Assembly (NCBI RefSeq): GCF_000017845.1
Contig: NC_010546.1
Coordinates: forward strand, 1,710,001-1,742,000
Length of the DNA stretch: 32,000 nucleotides
Reading direction: 5' to 3'
Origin: Crocosphaera subtropica ATCC 51142
GTDB taxonomy: Bacteria; Cyanobacteriota; Cyanobacteriia; Cyanobacteriales; Microcystaceae
Within the stretch, counting starts at the first letter, position 1; each line of letters begins with the position of its first letter. Shown here one piece after another: positions 9,341-16,788 of the stretch. Position numbers and translations under genes: made by a program. The notes beneath the pieces were generated by a model, which saw only the letters and a program-made list of their open reading frames with translations, was not told the DNA's origin and made no database searches.

Positions 9341-9616
9341 ATGAGTAATCTAAAAGTTCGCCAGCAAATTCAATCCTATATTGAGCAACTATCAGAAGAA
9401 AAGCTTATAGTTGCTGCTGATTTTTTAGCTTATTTAGTAGAAAAAGAAGATAATGAAGCAACTAAAAAATTATTAAATGTAGATGATGATGAATACATCT
9501 CTAGTGAAGAACTTCAGCAAAGTGAATCTGCTTGGAAAGATTATATTTCAGGAAAAGATAAGGGCATCAGTTCTCAAGAATTAAAGCGTCAATTATTAGG
9601 AGAAAATTTTGCGTGA
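9341..9616 (+). CDS. Putative antitoxin of the RelE/ParE-type TA pair
   Basis: Small acidic ORF directly upstream of the toxin ORF, overlapping it by 8 bp. ATG at 9341 is preferred over the TTG at 9335 used by the ORF track. No family recognised by eye. Confidence 0.55.
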   Translation: MSNLKVRQQIQSYIEQLSEEKLIVAADFLAYLVEKEDNEATKKLLNVDDDEYISSEELQQSESAWKDYISGKDKGISSQELKRQLLGENFA

Positions 9617-9860
9617 TTATATTTTTTTAAGACAAGCAGAACGTTATTTACGGAAAATGCAACCTAATGATCAAGTTAGAATTTTTAATGCTTTAGATAG
9701 TTTAATTGCTGATGCTTCTACTCTCGATATTAAAAGTTTAAAAGGTCGTTCTGATTTTCGATTACGAGTTGGTAAGTATCGAATCTTATTTAGAGAAGAT
9801 CGAGAGAATCAAGTCTATGTTATTACCAGTATTGGTTCTCGTGGGGATGTTTATAAATAA
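9609..9860 (+). CDS. relE: Type II toxin, RelE/ParE (StbE-like) family
   Basis: 83 aa. The C-terminal part, KSLKGRSDFRLRVGKYRILFREDRENQVYVITSIGSRGDVYK, is the typical RelE/StbE signature. Overlaps the upstream small ORF in classic TA architecture. Confidence 0.8.
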   Translation: MRDYIFLRQAERYLRKMQPNDQVRIFNALDSLIADASTLDIKSLKGRSDFRLRVGKYRILFREDRENQVYVITSIGSRGDVYK

Positions 9861-9991
9861 AATTGATGATTCTCAAAGAGTTATTACTATCCTATTGATA
9901 GCATCTTGCGATAATATTCCCTTTTCTAGTTAACTTTATCTATAGAATGCTAAATGTAGTTAGTTATTATAGCAAAATTTTTATTTATAAT

Positions 9992-10051
9992 GGTGGGCAA
10001 AGTTTATTAATGACAAACACAAACTAAATTATTAACTTTTGCCCACCCTAC
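9992..10051. repeat. Palindromic ~60-bp element, copy E (GGTGGGCAA - 38 nt A/T-rich - TTGCCCACCCTAC)
   Basis: Arms GGTGGGCAAAGTT (9992-10004) and AACTTTTGCCCACCCTAC (10034-10051). The element ends 3 nt from the stop codon of the minus-strand RND gene. Confidence 0.7.
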
Positions 10052-10054
10052 AGA

Positions 10055-13000
10055 TTATGCTTTAATTTTATTCATTTTTTTTGTTAATTTTTTCACTCCC
10101 ATAATAAAGTCATCCACGAAAGTATAAACCACAGGAATCACAATTAAAGTTAATAAAGTGGACACGGTTAACCCCCCTAAAATAACCGTAGCAATAGGGG
10201 AATAAGCATCCATTCCCGTCTCAGGATAAAACGCTAATCTGACGACTACAATCATAGTAGTTAATGTGGTCATAAAAATGGCTTTTAATCTCACGGGTCC
10301 CGACTCTCGAATCGCTTGCATTCTGGGAACCCCTTTTTGTCGCTTGGTTAAGATTAATTCTAATAATAAAATAGCAGAAGATACAGCAATTCCGGATAAA
10401 ATAATAATGCCTAAAATTGATACAGTGGATAAGGTTTGTTTGGCTAATAATAACGCCCCAAATACCCCAACTAATTCTAAGGGAATAGATAACATCATAA
10501 CCAAAGGTTGAATAAATGAACCAAATTGAATCACTAAAATAAGGTAAATTAAGACTAAAGAAACCACTAAACCCTTTAATAAGCGATCGAATTCGATCAT
10601 CATATCTGTCATATCCCCCATCGAGTCTAACCCATAACCAGGGGGAAACGTAATCGCTTCTGCTGCTTCCATCGCAACGGCCATTGACAAGTTCATCGAA
10701 GCAGGATTACGCTTACGATAGAAGCCATTAACGTAGACAACCCGACGGCCATTAACCCTCTCCACTAACGTCGGTCCTTGACTGGGTTCTAACCTTGCAA
10801 CCATTGATAAGGGTATTTGTTCCCCGTTGGGTGTGGTGAGGTAAGTGGAAGCTAAATCTTGAAAATTGCCCCTATTTTGCTGATTGTAGCGCACTAAAAT
10901 GGTATTTTGCCGTAAATTAGGACGATTATAGAAACTACGGGTATAACCGCCATTTAAGGCATATTTTGCTTGTTCTGTCACCATCGCTAAACTTAACCCC
11001 AACTCTTGGGCCCGACGGCGATCAATTTTTAGTTGATACTCTGGTTGGTTTAAACTAGAACTGGTGTGCGTCATGACAATATCGGGATTATTTTCGGCAA
11101 TATTTAACACTTGTTGGGCTAAACCGTGTAAAATGTTCAAATCTTCCCCATAAACAGCAATTTGTATCGGTGCAGCAGAGGTGGCCATGACATCCACCCC
11201 CATCTCTTTCATGGCAATGCGTCGTATTCCTGGGATGGTTGCGTTAGCTTGAGTTTCTATTGCATCCATGACTTGCCAAATATCCCGTTGACGTTCCCCC
11301 AAAGGTTTGAGGGTGACTATCATGGATGCGGCGTTAACCCCACCCATACTATAAGCACTAAAATAGGTACTATTGCGGGTAAATTCAAAGCCTATTTCTG
11401 AGGAAACTTTATCAATTTCTGGCTGTTCTAAGATAATAGTTTCAAACTGTTTTGCTGTTTCATCAGTTTTTTGAAAAGACACCCCAGGTTCTAGTTCTAT
11501 AGTTGCCATAAACTGTCCTGAGTCTCCTAATGGCATCATTTCTTGAGGGATAAAAGGATATAAAGCAAAGGCTAAAACAATAAATGCCCCGGCTATAGCT
11601 AATGTAATTTCTCTATTTTTTAAACTAAGATTTAATAACCAGCCGTAACTTTTTTCTAGGGCAACAAACCCATAATGAAAGGGACTAAGTAACCATTGTA
11701 ACCATGTTCTTTTTTGCTTTTTAGTTTTACCCAGAGGTTTTAAGAAAAAGGCAGCTAACAGGGGAATTAATGTGATAGAAACTAACAAAGATGAAATAAA
11801 AGCAAACACCATCGGATACACTAACCCCACAAACATTAACCCTGTTAAACCACCAGCTAAAACCGTCGGTAATAAAGCTGCAATCATAGTACAACTTGCT
11901 GCTGCACTGGCTAAAAATACTTCTCCTGTCCCTTCAATAGCTGCTTTTCTAGGACTTTTTCCTAACTTTAAATGACGATCTATTGAGTCAATCACAATAA
12001 TCGAATCATCCACTAATTTTCCGATCGCCATCATCATTCCCACCAAAGTAGAAGAATTCAAAGACATAGAAATAGGAATAAAAGGAAGTATTGATAAACC
12101 CAAAGACATCGGGATAGAAATCATAACAATAGCTGTTGCCCGAAAATCTTCTAAAAAAACTAAAATAACAACCCCTGCCAACAAAACACTAATTAATAAT
12201 TCTCCCGTGGTACTATCTTTTATTAACTCCACTAAAAAAGAATTATCATAAGCCTCTTGAAATTCAATCCCTGGATATTGCGCTTCAATTTTTGCTAATT
12301 CTTTCCGTACTCTTTCTATCACCTTTGGGGAACTAGAATCTGGTTTTTGAATAATATTAACCGCTAATGCTGATTGACCATTGTAACGATAACCACTCCG
12401 TTTCTCTTCATAAGTATCTTTGACCTCTGCCACATCCCGAACATAAACGATTCTTCCCCCCATCTCATAGAGGGGATAATCTCGCACCATTTGGGCATTT
12501 AACGCCCGATCATCTGCCCTAACTAAGATTTCTGTATCCCCCCTCGTTAAGACCCCTGCACCCTCGCTAACGTTGTTTTTATCGATGGCATCCCGAACAT
12601 CTAAAATAGATAACCCATAGGCCCCTAACTTTTGGCGATCGACAATAACCTGCAACTGTCGCCGATATCCCCCAAAAATAGACACTGCTTGTACATCCGT
12701 CACTTGTGTCAGGCGATCGACTAAGGTATTATCAGCAAACTCCCGCAACTGCAGGGAGTCCCATCCTTCTCCTTTCAAAGCTAAAGTCAAAACGGGACGA
12801 TTTAAGGGATCTATGGGTAAAACCCAATAAGAACGGGTATTTATGCCATCTAAAGGTAAATCTCCTTCGGCTGCCTTCATCACGCTTTGTACTTCTTGCA
12901 CTGCCGTATCAATATCCCCACCCCAAGCAAACTGAATGGTGACTAAAGACATATCCTGTTGAGAACTCGATCGCACAAACCTCACCCCATCTAATACCGT

Positions 13001-13219
13001 CAACCGTTGTTCAATAGGTTTACTGATGTAGGTTTCGACTTCTGTGGGGGTTTGTCCCTCGGCCATAGTTATGATAGCTACTAGGGGACTTTGTACATAA
13101 GGCATCATCCGCACAGGGATAATAATAAGGGTAAGAATAGATAGAATGATCACCCCAATATATAGCGCAAGGGTAACAACAGGGTTACGAATAGACCACC
13201 GAGTAAAAAAGGTTTTCAT
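10055..13219 (-). CDS. RND efflux transporter permease (AcrB/CzcA/CusA superfamily)
   Basis: ~1050-aa 12-TM protein with two large periplasmic loops and the TM4 motif AIGKLVDDSIIVIDS. ATG at 13219 (MKTFFTRWSIRNP) is preferred. The ORF-track start at 13249 is a TTG lying inside repeat copy A. Confidence 0.9.
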   Translation of the reverse strand: MKTFFTRWSIRNPVVTLALYIGVIILSILTLIIIPVRMMPYVQSPLVAIITMAEGQTPTEVETYISKPIEQRLTVLDGVRFVRSSSQQDMSLVTIQFAWGGDIDTAVQEVQSVMKAAEGDLPLDGINTRSYWVLPIDPLNRPVLTLALKGEGWDSLQLREFADNTLVDRLTQVTDVQAVSIFGGYRRQLQVIVDRQKLGAYGLSILDVRDAIDKNNVSEGAGVLTRGDTEILVRADDRALNAQMVRDYPLYEMGGRIVYVRDVAEVKDTYEEKRSGYRYNGQSALAVNIIQKPDSSSPKVIERVRKELAKIEAQYPGIEFQEAYDNSFLVELIKDSTTGELLISVLLAGVVILVFLEDFRATAIVMISIPMSLGLSILPFIPISMSLNSSTLVGMMMAIGKLVDDSIIVIDSIDRHLKLGKSPRKAAIEGTGEVFLASAAASCTMIAALLPTVLAGGLTGLMFVGLVYPMVFAFISSLLVSITLIPLLAAFFLKPLGKTKKQKRTWLQWLLSPFHYGFVALEKSYGWLLNLSLKNREITLAIAGAFIVLAFALYPFIPQEMMPLGDSGQFMATIELEPGVSFQKTDETAKQFETIILEQPEIDKVSSEIGFEFTRNSTYFSAYSMGGVNAASMIVTLKPLGERQRDIWQVMDAIETQANATIPGIRRIAMKEMGVDVMATSAAPIQIAVYGEDLNILHGLAQQVLNIAENNPDIVMTHTSSSLNQPEYQLKIDRRRAQELGLSLAMVTEQAKYALNGGYTRSFYNRPNLRQNTILVRYNQQNRGNFQDLASTYLTTPNGEQIPLSMVARLEPSQGPTLVERVNGRRVVYVNGFYRKRNPASMNLSMAVAMEAAEAITFPPGYGLDSMGDMTDMMIEFDRLLKGLVVSLVLIYLILVIQFGSFIQPLVMMLSIPLELVGVFGALLLAKQTLSTVSILGIIILSGIAVSSAILLLELILTKRQKGVPRMQAIRESGPVRLKAIFMTTLTTMIVVVRLAFYPETGMDAYSPIATVILGGLTVSTLLTLIVIPVVYTFVDDFIMGVKKLTKKMNKIKA

Positions 13220-13236
13220 AGATACCACTACAAAAC

Positions 13237-13297
13237 GTAGGGTGGGCAATGATTATAACTTTTTATGTTAATCAGTAAGTTAAGATAATTGCCCACC
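13237..13297. repeat. Palindromic element, copy A (GTAGGGTGGGCAA - 39 nt - TTGCCCACC, right tip degenerate)
   Basis: Same arms and orientation as the other copies. Lies 17 nt upstream of the RND ATG. Confidence 0.7.
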
Positions 13298-13309
13298 GAG
13301 AAACCATTA

Positions 13310-13348
13310 TTAATAAGGTGACAGATAATTATGAAATAGGGATGAAAT
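13310..13348 (-). promoter_or_regulatory. Direct-repeat box ATTTCATCCCTATTTCAT plus TATTAA 15 nt downstream; putative regulated promoter of the RND gene
   Basis: Minus-strand reading of 13348->13331 gives the box and 13315->13310 gives TATTAA. The segment 13320-13351 matches 16760-16791 at 29 of 32 positions. Confidence 0.4.
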
Positions 13349-13380
13349 GGTAGGGTGAAAAAATGCGATCGCTTATTGAT

Positions 13381-13440
13381 GGTGGGCAATGATATTTATA
13401 TTTTAATTGATTCATTTATAAGTTAGCTTTGCCTACCTAC
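13381..13440. repeat. Palindromic element, copy B (GGTGGGCAA - 39 nt - TTGCCTACCTAC, degenerate right arm)
   Basis: Same arm sequences, orientation and 39-nt interior as copies A, C and D. Confidence 0.65.
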
Positions 13441-13506
13441 GGATAGGATAGTTTTATAAATGACTAAAACACCAGATTTTTCTAAAATTATCAATCAAGT
13501 CGGCGA

Positions 13507-13571
13507 GTAGGGTGGGCAAATGGGAAAACTTATTTGATTTAATATTAACTTACCATCATTGCCCACCCTAC
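13507..13571. repeat. Palindromic element, copy C (GTAGGGTGGGCAA - 39 nt - TTGCCCACCCTAC; best-preserved copy)
   Basis: Perfect 13-bp terminal inverted repeats at 13507-13519 and 13559-13571. Confidence 0.75.
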
Positions 13572-13745
13572 AATCTCAGAAATAAATAAAAAAAACGAAA
13601 AATGAAAAAATATGACTTAGTCTGCTAATAAGTAAAGTAGCAAATATATTGATATAATCAATAAAATAATTGAATTTTCAGCTTTTCTTGCCCTACAATT
13701 ATAAAATAAGCTATAATAAGAATATTAATTATTGTTAGAAAAAAA

Positions 13746-14000
13746 GTGATTAAAGCAATCAAACAAAAGGGAATTGTCAACAAAGATGGTAAAATCGAAG
13801 TTCAATCTCCTGAACTTCAAGAAGGAACAGAAGTAGAGGTTATCATTTTGGTTACTTCTTCCGAAACTGATACGACAGAATATCTACTATCCACAGAAGC
13901 TAATAAGCGAGAGTTATTAGAAGCCATAGAAAGAGTTGAAAAACAGGAGGAACTAATTACTATTAAACCTGAAGAATGGCATGAGAAATATAGTATTTGA
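13746..14000 (+). CDS. Antitoxin with a YefM/Phd-like C-terminal toxin-binding region
   Basis: GTG start. The C-terminal part, TEYLLSTEANKRELLEAIERVEKQEEL, resembles the YefM C-terminus (YLL.S..N...L...I). The N-terminal 40 aa (KDGKIEVQSPELQEGTEVEVIIL) looks unrelated, resembling an AbrB/SpoVT-like swapped-hairpin. Overlaps the toxin gene by 20 bp. Confidence 0.7.
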   Translation: MIKAIKQKGIVNKDGKIEVQSPELQEGTEVEVIILVTSSETDTTEYLLSTEANKRELLEAIERVEKQEELITIKPEEWHEKYSI

Positions 14001-14241
14001 TTCCCAGGCTTTTAAGCAGTTTAATCAATGGGCAACAGAAAACAAGAAACTTTATAAAAAGATTGTTCAATTAATTGATGACACCCTACGTCATCCTTTT
14101 TCTGGACTCGGAAAACCTGAACCTTTAAAACATTCTCTTAAAGGATATTGGTCAAGACGTATTAATGATGAACACCGTTTAATTTATAAAGTAACAGAGA
14201 CAGATATCATTATTATTAGCTGTAAATTTCATTATGATTAG
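13981..14241 (+). CDS. yoeB: Type II toxin, YoeB/Txe family mRNA interferase
   Basis: 86 aa. The segment RHPFSGLGKPEPLKHSLKGYWSRRINDEHRLIYKVTETDIIIISCKFHY is close to the canonical YoeB sequence (PF.G.GKPEPLK..L.G.WSRRI..EHRL.Y). Confidence 0.9.
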   Translation: MRNIVFDSQAFKQFNQWATENKKLYKKIVQLIDDTLRHPFSGLGKPEPLKHSLKGYWSRRINDEHRLIYKVTETDIIIISCKFHYD

Positions 14242-14301
14242 GTGGACAAAATATTAACATTATAAATTAATCAATTTACATTATAACTTTGCCCACCCTA
14301 C
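14239..14301. repeat. Palindromic element, copy D (TAGGTGGACAA - 39 nt - TTGCCCACCCTAC)
   Basis: The left arm is degenerate and supplies the yoeB stop codon (TAG 14239-14241). The right arm ends 2 nt from the stop of the minus-strand lipoprotein gene. Confidence 0.65.
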
Positions 14302-14303
14302 GG

Positions 14304-14783
14304 TTATTTAACTTCTACAACAATCTCATTTTCTCCTTGATATTTTGTATCTTTAACCTTTGCGGCTAAATTCCAAGTTCCAGCCATACCGAAATTGGTT
14401 TTAACTTTAAATTGTCCAGGGGTTTCTGTGGGTTCAATTTCTACTTTAGAAATCATGGGTTCTTCCCCTTCCATGGGCATTGTTGAACTGACTTCGATGT
14501 TTTCAACCGGTACCGTTTCCCCAGAAGTGCTGTCTTTAACTTCTAAAATTAGTTCTGCATCTCCCATAGGAATCTCTTCTTCTGGACTTACTAAAGCAAC
14601 CATTGCTGTGTTTTCTTCTGTTGCCATTGTCTCAGTTTCAGTGGTAGTTTCTGTACTTTCTTCTGTTGCAGTTGTCTCAGTTTCAGGAGCCGTTTCTGAC
14701 TGAGTTTGAGTATCAGTAGAAGGAGAACTACAAGCAATCATTAATAAGCTAATAGGTAAAATTAAAGTGATGATTTTCTTCAT
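14304..14783 (-). CDS. Lipoprotein with a Thr/Glu-rich linker and a C-terminal YtkA/FixH-like Met-rich domain (putative periplasmic metal-binding protein)
   Basis: ATG at 14783 gives MKKIITLILPISLLMIAC, a lipobox. The track start at 14864 adds an implausible extension. The C-terminal ~100 aa are homologous to the C-terminus of the adjacent MFP (TMPMEGEEPM...FKVKTNFGMAGTWNL). Confidence 0.7.
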   Translation of the reverse strand: MKKIITLILPISLLMIACSSPSTDTQTQSETAPETETTATEESTETTTETETMATEENTAMVALVSPEEEIPMGDAELILEVKDSTSGETVPVENIEVSSTMPMEGEEPMISKVEIEPTETPGQFKVKTNFGMAGTWNLAAKVKDTKYQGENEIVVEVK

Positions 14784-14914
14784 AATTTTTTTCCTTTTGT
14801 TGTATACAAGAGACAATGAATTTATGTCGTCCATATTTTTAGCACAAATAAAATAATAATTCAATACTTTTATTTTTTCTTAAGAATCAATGATTGATGA
14901 CAATTAAGATAAAC

Positions 14915-16720
14915 TTATTTAACTAAGATATTAAATTCTTTTTTTTGTTGATAGTTTTTATCTTTAATTTCAACAGAAATACTCCATTCTCCTTTCATAC
15001 CTAAAAAGGTTTCTGCTTTAAATTTCCCTATTTGCGACTCAGGTTTAACCTCAACTTTTGCCGTCATGGGAGCCATATTTTTCATGGGCATTGTTGCTTT
15101 AATATCTAAGGATTCAATTTGTAAAGGTTTCTTATTTTTACTATCAACAATTTCAAAAATAAACTCTGCATCACCTATCTTAACCTCTGGAGAACTAACT
15201 AAGTTAATACTAACGTTAGTTTGACCCATTCTAGTCTTAGTTGAAATTAGACTATTCTGGTTGTGATTGATCACCGTTACCGTAGCATTTTCTATTAGTT
15301 TATGATGTCCCGTGGTAATAACGGCATCCCCTGGTTGGAGTCCCCCTAGAATCTGAATATTATCACCACTAATCATCCCCAATGTAACTAATTTTCGAGT
15401 GGCTGTGTCTCCATTTACCACCCAAACCGCCGGGTTATCCTCAAACGTCACCACCGCAGAGGAGGGGACGGTTAAAGCATTAGGTTGACGTTGGGTGATC
15501 AACTCCATTTCCACAAACTGGCCCGATCGCAACTCACCCCCAGGGTTGTTAACCACGGCTTCGACGGTGACGGTACGGGTTTGACTGTTGCTTTGAGGAA
15601 AAATACTGCTGACTTGACCATTGATAGTAACACTTGTTCCAGGAATTTTAGCAATAATGGGGGTTCCTATGCGAATATTGGTAGCATCGTGTTGCGCTAC
15701 ATTTGCTTGCAACCGAATACGACTATAATCACCAATTTTCACTATTCCCATCCCTGGTTGTACCACCATCCCTGGATCGACCATTCTTTCTTGAACAATA
15801 CCAGTAACAGGGGCTTCTATTTGGGTGTAACTGGACATAACCGAAGCTGTCGCCACCTTAGCCTTAGCTTGTTGCACTTTAGCCTGATCATTGATAACTT
15901 TTGCTTCTAAACGGGCTATTTTAACCTTAGCTTCCGATAACATGGCCTGTTTAGATTGTACTTCGCTTTCTACCACGTCGTAGTCATCTTGTGTGATCGC
16001 CCCTTCAGACACTAACATAGAAAATCGGTCTAATTTCTTCTTTAAATAACCCAAATCTGCTTCTATTTGTTTAATACTGTTTTTTTGTTCTAATATCTCA
16101 ATTTTACTCACTTCTAAAGCTGTTCTCATCGTATCCGTTTCTGCTTGCGCTTCGGCCACTTGGGTGAACAGTTCACTTGCACTAATTTGGGCTAAAGTTT
16201 GGCCTGAGGTAATGCGATCGCCTGGATAAACGGAATAATTGGTTAATTGTCCTGCAACCCTCGGATAGACAGTAACGACTTGATAGGGTTCAATGGTTCC
16301 CGTGTATTGTATCTTAGCTTCTAATAATTGAGGTTTAACCACTTCTACGGTGACGGGAGTGGGGTTAAACGAACCATCCACAGCCATCATTTCATCATGG
16401 GACATTTCACCATGACCACTATGATCCATGGTAGACGATGCTGGTTTTAATTGATTGGTGACTACAAGAATACCCCCTGTCAACGCCATAAAAACCCCTA
16501 ATCCCAGGGTTTTCTTACTGAGGAGACTGCCTAAGACCTTTCCAGGAAATAAACCCTTCAAAGGAGTATTCCGAATGACAAGAACCCCTATAACCACTAG
16601 AGTTCCGATGGTTAGCGTTCCAGTAGAAGAGAAAGGGTTAAACGATGCTTCTTCTAAGAGTAAAGAGATGGGTTCTGTGGAATGGGACAGTTGACCCGTA
16701 TGTTGAGGGGTATCACTCAT
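14915..16720 (-). CDS. RND efflux membrane-fusion (periplasmic adaptor) protein with a His/Met-rich N-region and a fused C-terminal YtkA-like domain
   Basis: TM anchor, MDHSGHGEMSHDEMM, lipoyl/beta-barrel and coiled-coil hairpin segments typical of HlyD/CusB-type adaptors. An extra ~100-aa C-terminal domain is present (TMPMKNMAPM...FKAETFLGMKGEWSI). Confidence 0.85.
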   Translation of the reverse strand: MSDTPQHTGQLSHSTEPISLLLEEASFNPFSSTGTLTIGTLVVIGVLVIRNTPLKGLFPGKVLGSLLSKKTLGLGVFMALTGGILVVTNQLKPASSTMDHSGHGEMSHDEMMAVDGSFNPTPVTVEVVKPQLLEAKIQYTGTIEPYQVVTVYPRVAGQLTNYSVYPGDRITSGQTLAQISASELFTQVAEAQAETDTMRTALEVSKIEILEQKNSIKQIEADLGYLKKKLDRFSMLVSEGAITQDDYDVVESEVQSKQAMLSEAKVKIARLEAKVINDQAKVQQAKAKVATASVMSSYTQIEAPVTGIVQERMVDPGMVVQPGMGIVKIGDYSRIRLQANVAQHDATNIRIGTPIIAKIPGTSVTINGQVSSIFPQSNSQTRTVTVEAVVNNPGGELRSGQFVEMELITQRQPNALTVPSSAVVTFEDNPAVWVVNGDTATRKLVTLGMISGDNIQILGGLQPGDAVITTGHHKLIENATVTVINHNQNSLISTKTRMGQTNVSINLVSSPEVKIGDAEFIFEIVDSKNKKPLQIESLDIKATMPMKNMAPMTAKVEVKPESQIGKFKAETFLGMKGEWSISVEIKDKNYQQKKEFNILVK

Positions 16721-16749
16721 AAGTCAAAAGCAAAGGCCATAGTTTCATT

Positions 16750-16788
16750 AATCTACCATGACAGATAAATATGAAATCAGGATGAAAT
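16750..16788 (-). promoter_or_regulatory. Direct-repeat box ATTTCATCCTGATTTCAT plus TAGATT 15 nt downstream; putative regulated promoter of the MFP operon
   Basis: Minus-strand reading of 16788->16771 gives the box and 16755->16750 gives TAGATT. The hexamer is ~30 nt upstream of the ATG at 16720. Confidence 0.45.

Noticed and set aside
10266-12942. Plus-strand ORFs 10266-10511, 11162-11401, 11772-11975 and 12706-12942
   Set aside because: Antisense shadows within the RND permease gene.
13220-13249. N-terminal extension MPTLRFVVVS of the RND ORF in the ORF track
   Set aside because: It starts at a TTG inside palindromic element copy A and merely translates the repeat arm. ATG at 13219 gives a normal RND N-terminus.
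13237-14301. Repeated GGTGGGCAA/TTGCCCACC motifs with ~39-nt variable interiors, considered as a CRISPR array or as integron attC sites
   Set aside because: The conserved units are inverted, not direct. Spacing between elements is irregular (83, 66 and ~670 bp), and there are no cas or intI genes. The arms lack the RYYYAAC/GTTRRRY attC core. A REP/MITE-like hairpin family fits better.
14784-14864. 27-codon N-terminal extension of the lipoprotein ORF (MNYYFICAKNMDD...)
   Set aside because: The internal ATG at 14783 yields a canonical lipoprotein signal peptide with a lipobox. The extension has no signal-peptide character.
14395-16694. Plus-strand ORFs 14395-14703, 15485-15910 and 16455-16694
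   Set aside because: Antisense shadows of the lipoprotein and MFP genes. The first reflects the repetitive Thr/Glu linker.
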